Assembly: GCA_951406725.2 (NCBI GenBank)
Contig: OX597817.1
Coordinates: 94,922,001-94,986,000, forward strand
Length of the DNA stretch: 64,000 nucleotides
Direction: 5' to 3'
From: Octopus vulgaris
Taxonomy: Eukaryota
Shown: piece by piece, positions 37,887-52,500 of the stretch
Position numbering within the stretch: position 1 is the first letter of the stretch
How the letters are laid out: every line of letters starts with the position of its first letter
Position numbers and translations under genes: made by a program
Notes under the pieces: generated by a model
What the model saw: only the letters and a program-made list of their open reading frames with translations
What the model was told of the DNA's origin: nothing
The model's database searches: none

Positions 37887-40140
37887 AGCATTGACGTCAA
37901 AAATGGGTAAAAGGAGGAAGTAAAAATAGGTAGGGGACAGTATGTTTGCTGTATGTATGGAGATGTGCAGGTGTGCGCTTGTATTAATGAGTGCGAGTGT
38001 TTGTGTGTGTGTACGTGTGTGTGTATATAACTGCATTTGTGTCTGTGTGTGTGATTGTGTGAGTGAGATAGAGACATACGTCAAATATACATAGTAGTAA
38101 GGGGGAAATTTGTGTCTGTGTGTTTGATTTTGTGTGCGAGAGAGAGAGAGAGAGAAGCATACGCCAAAGATATGTAGCAGCAATGGAATATGTAAGGAAT
38201 AATAGTTAGGGAAGAGGAAGTGAACGTTGATTGAAAGAATGTTCGGAGGCGTAGGAAAGACTCTGTCTATGGCAGTGGTGTGAAAAAAAACACTCATTAT
38301 CGCTGTGATCACCATGTAGGCAATCATCGAAATTTTTGTTCGTCTTGTGGTTGAGAGAGGCTCCTTATCTTTCCTGATGAGAAGATTGCATAATGTACCT
38401 TTTATTCCTTTGGAATAAAAATATGCTGTCTTCGAAACATATTAAATCTGTTTTGCTTTTGGAGCCTTTCTCGGCGACATACACACATACACTTTCATTT
38501 ATATAGCAGATATATGAATAGATGTGTGCATAAATGTATATATGAATGTATGGATGGATGCATTCATGTATATATTAATATGCGTATGTACGTATGTACT
38601 TTAGGACGTATGTTTGCATGTATGCATGCATATGTGCATACATGCATGTATATATGTATACTTGATTGATTATATGCATATTTTTTATCTTCAGATCAGG
38701 AGGGAAGCTAAACACCTGGCCCATATGCTTACAACGAACTCTGCTAAAGAACTCACATTGTGCCAGGTGACAGATTAAATCTACCACTCAAGTAAGCTGC
38801 GACAAAATTTATACAAAATAATAAACCCGTTCAAATGTATATAAAATCAACCCCCTTGTTGCTGTTGGTGATGATGATGATGGTGATGATGATGATGATG
38901 ATGATAATGATGATGATGATGATGATGATGATTATGATGACGACGACGACAACGAGGAGGAGGAGGATGTTTTTATTCTCCTCCTCCTTTTCTTCCGTCT
39001 TCCAATTCAACTCTCATCTAGCAGACCTACTAACTAAGACACTCTAGTCATGATCTTTCTATCTTTTGTTCTCACATATTATTCTCTCCTGTACAATATT
39101 ATTCAATATTTACCCTTTTATAAGACGATAGTTTGTGAATGAGGAGATTTGGCTGCTATTCTTATAAGCCGTGCTACCGTGTTAAGGCTTTCTTTAATTG
39201 ACTCGTTTGTATATCTGTTGGTTCTGATGACACCAGAGGAGACAGACAAATTTGAAATGTTTGGAGCGACAGTAATAGAGAAGGCAAACTAGATGAACTC
39301 GTTGAAATATAGCAACTGTTGTTAAGAGGAATATAATTGTAATTTCAGACTGAGGCAAACAAAAAAGAACATGATGTCTGTAAATCAACGGTTGATTGGT
39401 CAGAGATGAACCATTTCCTGGCCATGAAATAGTAAACCGGGCTTGAATGATGCAGTAAAATCAACATTATGAAACATCTTTAGAAAATGGGGTCCTAAAC
39501 ATTTGTAGTGATTAGTGAGGTTTTCTTTGTGTATTGTTTGTGAATAGAGTGTGTTGCAAAACCAGGTTAGTGATACCTGTATAACAAATATGTAGACATA
39601 ATGACTCTATCTTAATGTTTCGCCTAAAACAAAATCTGGTAACTTTCAAAATAATCTATAATTTTTAATATCCGAAATAAAGGTTCTCAATAGACAAAAA
39701 TAGATTGAATGATTGTCTGACTAACTGATTTCATATGGGACAACCAGTAATTTTAACTGAAGACACATCTAATAACTTAGAATGATATAGAAACCACAGT
39801 GTGTTTACAATAAATTTCAATTTTAATAATGTTAACAAATAACAAAATAGCATAGATATACCTAATAAAAATTATCAAACCGAATACTAATCACAAATTT
39901 GTAAGAAAGGTATATTATAGAAAGAATCGGCATCAAAATATAACTGATTATCTCTTATCGATAGTGAAGTGATGAAAGGTAACATGAGGCCCTCGGCAGT
40001 ATTTGATCTCAGAATTTAACTAAATGTTACCATAAATTAAAGCAGGTAGTCTACTGTTTCTACAACTCCATCTTTGTAAATAAAAAAAAGAGACGAAAAT
40101 TAAGAAATATAAAGAAAGAAAAGCAAGAAACTCTTCTAAC

Positions 40141-40722
40141 CTGCTAAGTAGTTGGACAGGGGTTCAGATAGATGCTTCGTACCATTCTGGAACTTGACCG
40201 ACGGCAATAAAGGACCGAGAGAATCTGGCCATTTGAATCCAAACTCATTTTGTAGTTTACAGAAATTTTCCACGGGTCGAAAAGTATTTGGTGGTTCCAG
40301 ATTGCGATACAGACGATCCATAATTGGCTCCGGGATGTTACATTCAGCATCGAAGTACCGCCGATATCCTATGACTGAGTGTTCATTCTTCACGAACGGT
40401 TGAAATAAAGGAGGAATGTTGTAAGTGAAAGATGGTAAAGTTCTCTGTTTTGTCATTAACTGTTGATTTCTGTGAAGACGCTCTTGTTTTTCTTGTTGTT
40501 CCCGCTCTTCATTTTCCTGTTGTTCTTTGGAGCTGATCCAGTGTATCAAAAGTTTGTCGTTGAATTGCATCACATTTGGTTTGTTGTCTTTCTTCTGCTG
40601 CTGGATTTTTTCACGAAGTTTCTGCAGACGTTCAATGGGTGGAGTCTTCAGAACTGCTCTTACTTTTGCCTCTAGCTCCCTCTGCAGCTCTTGTCGGATA
40701 TATTCTTGCCATTCTGCCGACC
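40141..40722 (-). CDS. Large 582-nt coding exon, probably the N-terminal extension of the CCP2/3-like protein (Q/E/K-rich helical region followed by FKWPDSLGP...EPLS)
   Basis: 197-aa non-repetitive ORF bounded by acceptor tttggcag|GG and donor GCAG|gttaga; phase 1-1; same strand as the CCP exons. Membership of the same gene is inferred. Confidence 0.7.
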
Positions 40723-41564
40723 CTGCCAAATATCATAGAACATATTTGAGAAAGAAAACGAAAACAAAAGAAAATATATGAAACTAATTTTTCAACTAAC
40801 AAATGAAGTTAATCTCAATGAAGATAAACTAACTTCAAAACACAATTAAAAACTCGGATTTTCTATGGAAGAGAATTGAAGAGATGTGATGTTCATACTT
40901 TCTTTAATATGAATAAAGTGAGATGGCACAAGAGGGAATTGAGTAACGAGTGTACTTTCAGATAGTCGATCGACTTCTTAGACACAACAGTCAGATCTCT
41001 TTGGAACGACATCTTACTGTTTTAGGCAAGGGAGGACATACTGACTAATGTACTCCTACATATAGTTTGAAAATAAAAGACTGCATAGTCGCTGTACAAA
41101 TGTCTTACCTTATAAGTCAATTTGATCAGGATAATCCTAAGGCTAAACAAAATCAGCAAAATAGCTATAACAACAACAAACCTCCGCCAAAGGAACACCA
41201 ACGATTAGCTGGAGATGAGTTTTAAGAAAGAGTTGTAAAGCACAAAATGTGAAAAAGAAATTACATATATGTTTGAGTACTACCCCTACTTGATATGGAA
41301 TTCTAAGCATTTGGTTAAATCCTAAGAAAGGTATCATTCTCTAACTATATGGAGCAGAACTTCTTCAGGGTTATTATGAGCTTATAAAGCTAAGGCTGAC
41401 ATTTCTCTTTTGAAGGATGCCATACAAATAAATTATTTATACATGCATTTTTCTCCATTTTCTTTCCTTCAATATTAATAATATGTATTACTACAATAAT
41501 CCCTAACATATCGCAGTAACTTTCGCATTTGATGATAGTGATTAACCAATGTGATCTTTTATAT

Positions 41565-41602
<38 letters not shown>

Positions 41603-42084
41603 ACTGCCATATTAGCTTGGCGATAACTGTTACTATCCAGTACCGCTGCCGTAGTCTCCTTTAGAGAGACTTAGAAATAATAATATTTCTATATATATAT
41701 ATATACATATATATATTGATAGAAATGGCAAGACAACAAAAGAATGAAAGAGACCTCGATATTATGTAAATAGAGGAATTTATCTGTAAATATATGAGAC
41801 AATTATTCTGTAGCCTTGATAAAACTCCGAGTTTCGGAGTTTTATCATGGCTACCGAATAATTGTCATACATTATATATATATATATATATATATATCCG
41901 CACACACATAAATGAATGTTTGCACACGTATATGTAAATATACATAGAAGCATGTATGTATATACATACACGCGCACATATGTGCAGAGATATATATAAA
42001 TGTATGTGTGCGTGCATGAGTATTTACATAAATGTATATGTGATAACATAAAACGTATTTGCATTTGTATACATAAATGGTTGA

Positions 42085-42125
<41 letters not shown>

Positions 42126-42879
42126 CATACATGTGTGTTTGCATTAACGTATTCATATATGCGTAAATGTATTTGAATGCGTATACATAAACGGATGAGT
42201 ATACACAAATTTTGTGTATGTGCATACGCAAAATGAAGATGTATGTATATTTATCTGTTTTATGCGGAAAACACCGCAAATCCCATCTGCCACCCTAAAT
42301 ATTATACGTTTGTAGCTAATGAAAATGTGAAACGTTTTTTTTTTTCTTTTTTGAGAGAGAGTTATCTTCACTTGCTGCTGAAGAGTTATGTTCCTTGAAT
42401 CTGATTGCGTAGAATTATTTCCCTTGTATTTTATTCTTTTATATTTTGAGAATTTCTGTTATGGACGCTGCTGGAGTGTTCCTGTTGTTACTGGCAAAAA
42501 AAATGAAGGGTAAATCTAACTCGCAGATAAATCAATAGAAAGATAAGTTTAGTTACCTACACAATAAATTACTATATGTCACACTATGTTCGTGACTACA
42601 AGATCAATAGTTTTCTCTTGATCATACTTATCGGTCACGGCGTAGGTGATACGGTACAAAGTACTGTTTCTTTTTCTTTCTTTTCAATACTTTCAAATGC
42701 ATAGAATTTTAATGAATATACAAGTTTAAACTTGCTGTGATAGATAAATGAAATGTTTACACTACCAAATGTTTAACATGGATTCTATTAAATTCGTTAC
42801 GCCATATTAAATTGACAATGCTAAAGAGCAATCTTCCTGAGGGCTAGGATCTGCAGCACTGAAGCCTGAATCCTTCATC

Positions 42880-43330
42880 TTCTTCTCCACTGAGTTGGTT
42901 ATGTGACTCGGATGCCGGGTAACTGCCTCCCGAAGATGATCCTCTTCAGCGAGATCGAGACAGGAAGTAGGCCTCACAGACGTCTAAAACTTGGTTTACA
43001 TGATCATCTCAAGCAGTCTCTCATTTTATGCGGTTTCCCTCCCAATCGCTTGGAGTTCCTGGCTGTTAATCGGAAGGCATGGGTGTCCGCATGTGATGCT
43101 AGAGTAGAGTGCTTTGAAACCGAACGTAGGAGACTGCATGAAGGTAAGAGGAGACGTCGTCATCAACCACCTGCAGCTGTTGTTGGGAGTTACTTTCAGT
43201 GCACTCAGTGCCACGTTTCAGTCTTGTCAGCCACGTTCACTCCCATAAGAAACAATATACTGGAGGCAGAGGAAAATGAATGCCTTCGTTCGACGCTGTC
43301 ATCACTTTCGATGGGCTGCCATAAGCAAAG
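42880..43330 (+). mobile_element. RTE-clade LINE 3' fragment
   Basis: RMPGNCLPKMILFSEIETGSRP..DHLKQSL..LAVNRKAW..CTQC matches the RTE C-terminus at 35807-36466. Confidence 0.75.
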
Positions 43331-43990
43331 TAACCAAATAAGCATGAAATGTACTAGCTCATAAATCTCCTATGATATAATATATTGTTTCGTCTGACTA
43401 ATCACATTGATAAATTTCCTTTGTGATCATAAAACTGAGCAATTAGTAATGTGCTGTTGGATTCAAAAACGATTAAAATTTACCAGTCTCACCCCAGAGA
43501 TATACAGTCGCTTCAACGACGATTGTGTTGGCGCGACCTCACTTACCAACGAGCCACTCGACTCGTTTCTGCTTTTTCTTAACTTTTCCTATTACACTTT
43601 GTATTTCACATTTTCCCCACAGCGGTCTTTTACAAACTGATCAATTCCTACTTCTAATCTGAACACTCTCACACCAAATCATCTACGCCTTTTCTTCCCT
43701 TTGTAGCTGAAACTCATGAGTTTTATGTTAAATAGAACCAAATCATTAACTTTTATCTTTTATTCGTTTCAGATTGCGGCCATACTGGATTCACAACCTT
43801 GGAAGGGATTTAGTAGAACAAATCGAGCCCAGTACTTATTTTTTATATCTGGTACTTATTCCATCGGTCTTTTTCCGAACCGCTAACAAACCATTAACAA
43901 ACCAACACTGGATGTTAGGCGGATGGAGGGGGAATAAACACACACACACACAAGCATACACAAACACACAGACACGTGTATATATATGTG

Positions 43991-44065
<75 letters not shown>

Positions 44066-44070
44066 GTGTG

Positions 44071-44121
<51 letters not shown>

Positions 44122-45240
44122 CATTTATCATTTTTTATGTATGAGAAAGAGAAAACAAAGAAGCTAACATATAGACATCAATTTATTAGAACGTAATACA
44201 ATCCTGAACAATATCAAATTCAATTTCATCTACAGCTGTTCCCATGCCCAATTGAATCAATTTGAGAAATTAAATTAAATTTCCATATTGAATATCGTTA
44301 ATTAGGTATTTCATCAGGGGAAAGATTTGATAGAAAGGAGCTACATTCCGATGTATTGTTTGACTTTAGACTTAGATATGTGCGTTTCAGCAACCAATTT
44401 ATTTTTTTATCCGTTATTTGTGTATATGTAAATGCAAACTTGTTTAATGCATTTGTGCACGTGCGTGTATAATATGTTTAAAAACAAAAACAAAATTACC
44501 ATAGCTGAAAATTACGTCATCGATATTTGTGAACAATATATTTGTTTACATAATAGTGTGAACAGATATACACGAGCTTAATTGAAGAAAACTCTAACGT
44601 TAACAAACCAAAATTTATTTAAATTAAAACCATTATTGAATTAATACGTATCTTTAACTTAATTAATTTTTTAAAAAATATATTAATCACAGATTCCTAA
44701 GATACGTATTTAAATTAAAATACTTTTAACCTTTATATAATACAGCTACCTATAAATAAAACCTCATGTTCATATTTACCATTTATTTTATATCTTAAGA
44801 TTAATATGAAATCTTTTAAGAATTACCTCACCTTTATAGTTATAATTGTTGGTATGTTAATCCTGAGATACCGCCTAAATTTATAGTCCTTGTAACTTTT
44901 ACATTGTTTTTTGAAAACATGCTTATAGATGTGAACACAGGGTATCAACCAAATTATCCAGTTACAAAACATTTTTTGAGAAGGAGAGAGAGTAAAAAGG
45001 CGTGGCTTTTTTATGGCCAGACTTGTTTGTTTAGTACTTAGTGGCCTTTTAAGGAGGGGAAGAAAAAGAAGAGAAAGGAAAAAGAATTTTTTTGTATTTG
45101 AAATGCTCTTTTGTATTCATTAAAGAATAGTAGTATGGATGTGGTCAACTTTTTGTGATTGAAATTCTAGATGTTTTCGAAAGAGTAATTTTTATTTCAC
45201 TATATGCCACAGAGCAATTATATAAATGCACACACACACA

Positions 45241-45335
<95 letters not shown>

Positions 45336-45899
45336 TATACACATACACATGCCCACACATACACATACCCACACACACACACATATATACACACATACAT
45401 ACACACACCCATACGCACACTCAAATACATCTATATATGTACATGTTCATATTTGTGCACACATACACACACCACACATGCATAAGTACACAGGATTTTT
45501 TTAAAATCATTAATTAATATAATTAAAGATTCATCTCTGTGGTTCAATAAATTTGGAAAGTTTTGGTCATTTTAGCCACTACCCTTGATTTTTGTCCGAG
45601 TATTTGTCCTTCATACAGCAAAAACGAATTTTTTTAAAATGCAATACACAATGCTGTCACAATTGTTTTGGATATATTTTAAAGCTCCAACCTAGAATTT
45701 TCTGAAGGAGAAAGAGAGCCAAATACAGAAGAGTGAAAGTAGCTGTTCTTTTAGAATTTCCAAATCTGGAGTGTTTTGCAAGGGCCAACAACAATGTGGT
45801 AAAAAGGTTTTAGTAATGGTTTGAGATCATCTTTAACATATATATAATCAAATTCATATAGAATTCTCATAGGAATTTCAAAAAAGGATATAGTTATGA

Positions 45900-48621
45900 T
45901 AATCTTTATCGACGACTTTTTTTGTGAAGTATAGTTCCCTTAACTTTCGGAACTTTGAATTTTTCGTCACATATTTCTAAATGCTTCCTTTTTTTCAAGC
46001 GTTCAATTTTGGTGCGAACTTCTTTATGAAGTGTAGTTCCATTGTTTTTCGGAAATTTGGGTCGTTCCTTGAGCATTTGTAGAAGAGAAAGATTTTGAAT
46101 TTTCTTTCTCTACATATTTCGAAATGTGTGCTCAGTGGAATTTTCTGTAGCTCCTCTTGTCGGATATGTTGTTGTGGATTCTAATGCATTGGCAAAGGGA
46201 ATTATTGGATTTGCCAGTATAATTATCCTTGCATTTGGGGCAGTATATGAGGTTTTGCGTCTTGCAATTCATATTTGCTTTTACTTTGAATAAGAATCCA
46301 CTCATAAATTTTATGTAGGTGACCCCGTTTATATATTTGTAGTTATTGTTGTTTTTGCATATTCCACATCTTCTGTCTCCACATTCCTTTACGGAGAATT
46401 CTGTTTCGTTCTCTGATGCGAATTTTGCTCTTGTTAGTTGTTTATTAGAGTTTTTTTCCTGGCGTTTATTATTTCGCAGGTAGCTTTTGTCTATCAGTTT
46501 TCTCATTTTGGGGCTCTGTGAGAGTATTGGTAGGTTTGAGTGTATAACGTGGACAATATTGGTTATTCCAAGGTTGTCTGTGTTAATAAATGGAATAGTA
46601 AGTTCCTTGATTTTTTTCTCTTGGAGTCCTAAGTTGCGTGATGTCTAATTTCATTGCTTTCGAGATTCCATTATTTAGAAGTTTCACAGGGTAAGTTTGT
46701 TCTTGTGAGAAGCTCTTGAGTTCATCAAGTCTAATTTGGCGTATTTGTGGGTCAGTTACTATGGTGCAGATGCGTTTTGCCATACTGTATGGGATGTTCT
46801 TTTTGATGTGTATGGGGTGGAAAGAGTAGAAATTTAAATATCGGTGTGCGTTTGTTTTTTTTTTGTAAAATATGTCTGTTGTGATAGTGGAGTTGTGTAT
46901 TTTGATGTGAATGTCTAAGAATGGTAGTTCATTGTAGCTAGTTTCTGTTGTGAATTTGATAGATGGGTGCAATGTGTTGAGGGTGTTGCGAAATGTTTGT
47001 AAGTCTTCCTTTGGTCTATCCCAGTAGTCATCGAAGTAGCGCTTCCACTTCTTCCCGATGTTTTCTTTGAAGTCGTTATCAAAAGTTTCTCCTACTTCCA
47101 CGTAAAGTCTACCTTCTTGATAACCTATGACTAGGTTGGCATATGATGGTGCAAATTTCGTGCCCATGGCAGTGCCCTTTCGCTGTCGGTATATCTTATT
47201 ATCAAATCTGAATGTGTTTTGTTCTAGTACCAGACTAGTGGCTTTGGTAATGAAACGTTCATCTATACAACCTCTGCGTTTCTCTACCCAGTGTTTGACC
47301 GCTTCTAGGCCTAAGGTATGCGGTGTGTTGGTATAGAGGTTAGTGCTAAAATTTCTAGTATTGTGTCTTTGTAGTAGTCTATGTCCATGATGACTAGCGC
47401 CCCATCCTTGTCGGCTTCCTTGAGGATGATTGAATTGTCGTTCTTTAATCTTTCTAAAGCTTCCTTTTCTCCATCATGTAGTTTCTGTTTGCATTTATGG
47501 TTACTGAGAGGAAATTTGGAGATTTTTTTTATATATGTACTAGCAGTATCGCCCGGCGTTGCTCGGGTTTGTTTCGACCCGCTGGAATTGTAATTTTGAA
47601 AAATAAAAATTTTGTGAACATTTTTCTGGTCGAAATACACCGAAAAGTGGCGACACAGCAGTGAAAAAATCGTAAAAAATAGGGATTTTCATAGAAAAAA
47701 GCATCTTTTTGATGTAAATAATTTTTGGTGTTAACATGGTCCGATTTGAATTTTATGTTCTACGGAAGGAAGAGCAACCCTTCTTCTACCATACTCTCAA
47801 TTTTGGTCAACTTGCGCCTCAGGGTCTCGGAGGAGATAGTGTTAGTTGAAGGTTACCATTCTAGGTGCCTGAGTAACAACCTCGCGGATTTACAGATAAA
47901 TGAATTAATTACTATTTTACAGAATAAAATTAAATAATTCTTGAAAATTAATTAATATTAATATTTTTTGAACAAAGTAAATAATTTTTAAAACTTAAAT
48001 AATAATTTTTTTTACACAAACGCGAAGGGGGAAAAGGGGGTGGCGAATTCGATTTACATACCTAAATTTTTTCTTTTTCATGACATTGTAGCAAAATAGT
48101 AGTGAATTATATAAATACCAGCAGTACATTTTTTTTCTGGGGTATTTTTTTTCAACCTCGTCACATATTTGCCCCTTTCAATTTAAACAAAGTCTTAATT
48201 AAGCAATTACGGCAGCTTAGCAATGGTTTCAATACAGGCGTGACATCTGTATCTCAATTGTTCAAAACCCTTCGAATTTTTTCGCACGTGATGATATCAT
48301 AGTGAAAACTTTCAATTACGCGCGCTTAGAAGTACGCTCGCAAATTAATACTACCAAAATTTTGAAGTTCGCGCTCCGCTTGTGTGTGTGTGCGTGCTTT
48401 AGGTGTACGTAGGTATGTGTTTTTGTGTGTGTGTGTCACTGAAGCCATACATACATATATACATACATAACCTCTCTCTCTCTTTTCTCTCTCAGTCACT
48501 CACTACAAAAAGTGAATAAAAAAAGTTCAGTTATTTCTGTCTTTCACTCTGTCTGTCTCTTTACACACACTAACAAAAGCACTTCACTTACACACCACAC
48601 TTTCTGTGTCGCACAACCCAT

Positions 48622-48674
<53 letters not shown>

Positions 48675-50230
48675 GCACGCACACATGTACATCAATGCTT
48701 TCGGAGTGAAATGTTAAAATATTGAGTTTTCTCGAATTTTGTCTTAATTGGGGGTGAAATTGAAAGAAATATATTATGGCATGACCGAATGGAGTACTTT
48801 GAAAAATCTTAGGTAAACTCTAATTGAAGAAATTGTGTGAGGAGTAAATCGTTATGTATTTATTTGTTTCTGTTTGCTGTGTTTTTTTATTTTTTGAGTA
48901 GTGGTTTAAATACTTTCAGTTTAGTCTTCCTCAAATCACTCTGTCGCTATTTACTTTCATTTTATTCGTTGCACACTGTGTGTGTGCGTGTGCGTGTGGT
49001 GTAAACCACATTAAGAAAAGCATTTGACATACACACCAGAATGTGAGTTTTCTGTAAATTTTGCTTAATTGGAGTTTAAATTTTAAAAACTGGACCTGGC
49101 ATGACCCGATGCATTCTACTCTTAAAAATGCTAGGTAAATTGTAATTGAAGAAATCCTATATTGTAGATTTCTATAAGTTACAAAGGGAGGCAGATAAAA
49201 TCTGCCTTTTATAATAAGAGATCTAGCTGTTTATCGCTGCCCTTGTAAGGGGTGAAATATTTTATTCTTACAATTTATTCCTCCTCTACTTTCGTGTCGA
49301 GGTGACGGTTGAAGTTCTCAGTATCGGTTTTTAGTTCTGAGATTCGGATTGGGTGTCGGGGTAAATTTCAAACATTTTAGTAAGAGATGCAAGTCATTTT
49401 CGTTAAAGTAGAGACCTCAACGAAAGGAATTTTTAAAAAATCTGTCTCCACATTCTTCTGTTCATTAGGAACTTCTTTCGTATTGGGTCCAGAGTGCAGT
49501 TGTAGTATTTTCTTCCTAAAACTGGGGTTGTGCCGTGACGTCTCCAATTTCTATTCCTGGGGTTAAGATTTCCTTATGATTGAAGGAACAGTTCATGTTG
49601 TCTGTATATATTTCGTTGTTCTTAGTAGTCGTCTTTTTCCCATCTACGTTTGTTGGGCCGTGTAGGATTGGTGGTCATATACCGTGGGTTTCTTCAGTTT
49701 TCATTATGATTTTTTTTTATATTATAGTCTCTGTGTTGTTTGTTCTTCACTTGTCTTTCGTCCCATGTGTTAATCCATCTAGGACGTCCAGTATTATGGG
49801 TTAATGGTTGTCTGTATTTTGTTTGTCTTACTTCCCATGTGTTCTTCCATGTAGAATATTTGTTTGACGGTTGTTGTTTATATTTTGTGCGTGTATTCAT
49901 CGTAGTATGAAGGTTTGGTATTGTAGAGTACGGGTTTCTAATCTGTATTTGAGATGAGTCGGAGGTCATGTCCACATATGTTTTTGGGTGTCTGGCGGTC
50001 CGATATTCTTGTTTCGATCCTCTGAAGTCGGTGTTTGTGTTATTTTTCGATTTTCCTGTACTTTTTTGTTGTAGTGGTTTTGTTTTCATTATGGATTTCC
50101 CCCATAATTTTTTTGATAATTAGTGGACCACTCCTATTGATCATACAAAAGCCATGCCTCTTTACCTTCTCCTTCTTAAAAACTTTTTTCGTCTCCTTTG
50201 CTTGGCAAGCCCCAGAAAATGCTTTATAAA
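45900..50230 (-). mobile_element. Neptune-type Penelope-like element, decayed, split by a Helitron
   Basis: RT peptides IILKEADK, GTAMGTKFAPSYANL, WKRYFDD, LPFLDIHI, NIPYSMAKRICTIV; GIY-YIG remnant CGDRRCGIC..NCKTQNLIY; internal deletion near 47345. Outer limits approximate. Confidence 0.85.
47540..49221 (-). mobile_element. Non-autonomous Helitron
   Basis: Minus-strand 5' end TCTCTTATTATAAAAGG and 3' end hairpin cccgagcaacgccgggcg followed by CTAG; inserted between A and T with no TSD; removal restores the PLE reading FTPYKGSDKQLD-TYIKKISK. Confidence 0.88.
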
Positions 50231-50699
50231 AAGGCCAAGAAATCTAAATTTCAGCCATTTTTTTATGAAACCAATAACGGAAGAAAGCGCTAAAAATATA
50301 AATAAGATGTAAATAAATAAAATATATATATATAATCATCCAACATTCTGACTATCTTATTATTCTAAATATATTTATATATATACATACATACATACAT
50401 ACATACATACATACATACATACTTACATAACATACATACAACGGACTTTCACGTTTCCGTTTCTGTCTAGCAAATCCACTTCTTCCTCGCAACCTACTGT
50501 TGCCCAGCCTAAGCCATCAACCTTATCACACTCGCCTACCCACCAAATGCATTTCTTGCTCCCCTTTTTCCCGGCCACTCACCCTCTTCAATTCACAATT
50601 CTCTGTAATCGCCATTCCTTATACTTTGATCTAGTTAAACCTCCAATCTTCCTTAAAGCCACATCCAATCCTTCTTCTACACCTACTTGGTAAACTTTG

Positions 50700-51200
50700 C
50701 AATTTTTTGGCCTGAATTTCTTTCTCTCCCTAGTCAAATCCAACCTAGAACCTCTGCCAGTTCTTGATCCTGTAGTAACAACTCTTCTTTTATGTCAACA
50801 TTCCGACTTTATCCAGGCTTATATCTACCTTCCAGCTGGCTAACTACTTCACTAGTGATTCAAACAATATTGTATACTGTATCAAGTGTCAATTCTTTAA
50901 AGGATTTGTAGACAGGGGAAATTTGTCGACACTTGGCAGATCGCTTCAAAGACCACCAACTTCACACACGACACAACACCTCCGACCACCTTAAACTTGC
51001 AACTCACCATATCACTTTCCCTACCACTTCTCTGTCTTCTTATTACTCCAACACCAACGACCTCTCTTCACTTGTGTACATAAGGAACCTTAAAATATTT
51101 TCATACGCGGCACATTCTCTCCTAATTGCATCAACAATCGTTTATATCTCCTCTTATCCCTCCCTATCAACTTTTTCATTCCTAATCTAAGGTATAACTT
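50700..51200 (+). mobile_element. Degenerate PLE GIY-YIG fragment
   Basis: SNNIVYCIKC...LADRFKDH parallels the GIY-YIG at 2530-2650. Confidence 0.6.
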
Positions 51201-51939
51201 ACATACACTCACACATGGACGTACAGATGGACTTCCAATTCAGACACTTTTGCATACATACTATCTTACCCACATAGATGCATATGCATGAAATAGCATA
51301 CACGCATACACACACACACACCAGCTCTGCTTTTTTGTGCATGTCCGACATTTCTGCCCGTCATCCACAAACAATGTTCTACACTGAAATCATCTATTAA
51401 CTAACTCACTTCCTTTATCCATCATTAACATCAATCCTGTACACGGACCTTTTACTTTCCTTAGTCTATTTGACAAAGGGCACAAGCTCAAAATGTAAAA
51501 CAAATTCCCTTTCTTTGTGACAATTACATTTACATCATTATTCTAAGTCCTTTGTCTGGAAAGCTTTCGTCACATTCCCTGTGACTTCTTCGGCAACTCT
51601 CCATCTATGCATCTATGAACATATTGTTATTTGGTGACTTCCGGCGGTTGTACTAGGAATTTAGCTCCTATTTCTAAACAGGTCGATGTTGTTTTCCGCA
51701 TCCTTATGCCTCGTGCTAACTTTAAATTTCATAGCTATTAATTCTATTTGACTTGTTGAACCGCCAATATTACTGCTTCTTAATATCCTCATTTAAAAAT
51801 TTTGTCCGTAGATGATATTAAAAGTAATAACATCATACTTCGAGTGTAAACACTTGAATGCTTTTTGCTTATATATATTTTGCACCATGTGGTAAAACGA
51901 GCTATAACACAGGCAGATTTATAACGTGATTTACCAGTC

Positions 51940-52500
51940 ACTTACACTGATGAAGTTAAGGCCCTCTGGCCAGAATCCGAAACCATGGTATATGAGTAAA
52001 TACTAACATTAATGATCACAGTAGAATAAGCAATAATAACATTATTGGGATCCAACCCCAGTAACATAAAACCTATACAGCCACACATAACATGTGATTG
52101 TAGAATAAGTAATAATTGTGTATTTAATAATAATTGCATTAGAAAGGGGGTAGTATATCAATGTATAGTAAGTACACAATATGACAGCAAGGTATATGTG
52201 GGTGCGACAAAAAACAATATGAAACAGACTTAATTATCATAACTATACATTTAGAAACAGAAATAGAAGAGATTCTACAGAGTTAAGAAGCTATATATGG
52301 GATATTAAGGATGGTGGAATTAACTATAATTTAAATTGGAAAATATTAACAACAGCATCTGCGTATAATACTTAAAATAGAAAAATGTATGTTGTGTATT
52401 AATGAAATTTTCTTTATAATTGGGACTGAAATTAAGCTTAACAGCTTTAAGGAACGCAACGTTCCTGTCTTCATAAAATTGGGCATAACTTTTCCAAATA
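51940..52500 (+). mobile_element. Naiad-type PLE fragment: hammerhead motif followed by GIY-YIG remnant
   Basis: CTGATGA (51947) ... GAAACCATGGTA; peptide CDCRISNNCVFNNNCIRKGVVYQCIV..YVGATKNN, then remnants of NWKIL and KCMLCINE. Confidence 0.7.

Noticed and set aside
39410-39575. Possible extra minus-strand exon (PHFLKMFHNVDFTASFKPGLLFHGQEM)
   Set aside because: A phase-compatible acceptor exists, but there is no convincing donor before the stop codon and no motif support.
49694-50089. 131-aa K/N/T/Q-rich ORF as a novel gene
   Set aside because: It lies on the same strand directly upstream of the PLE RT remnant and is most simply its low-complexity N-terminal region.
52045-52233. Selenocysteine (in-frame UGA) recoding, as reported for some Naiad elements
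   Set aside because: The cysteine positions in this GIY-YIG fragment are TGT/TGC and no SECIS-like structure was recognised.
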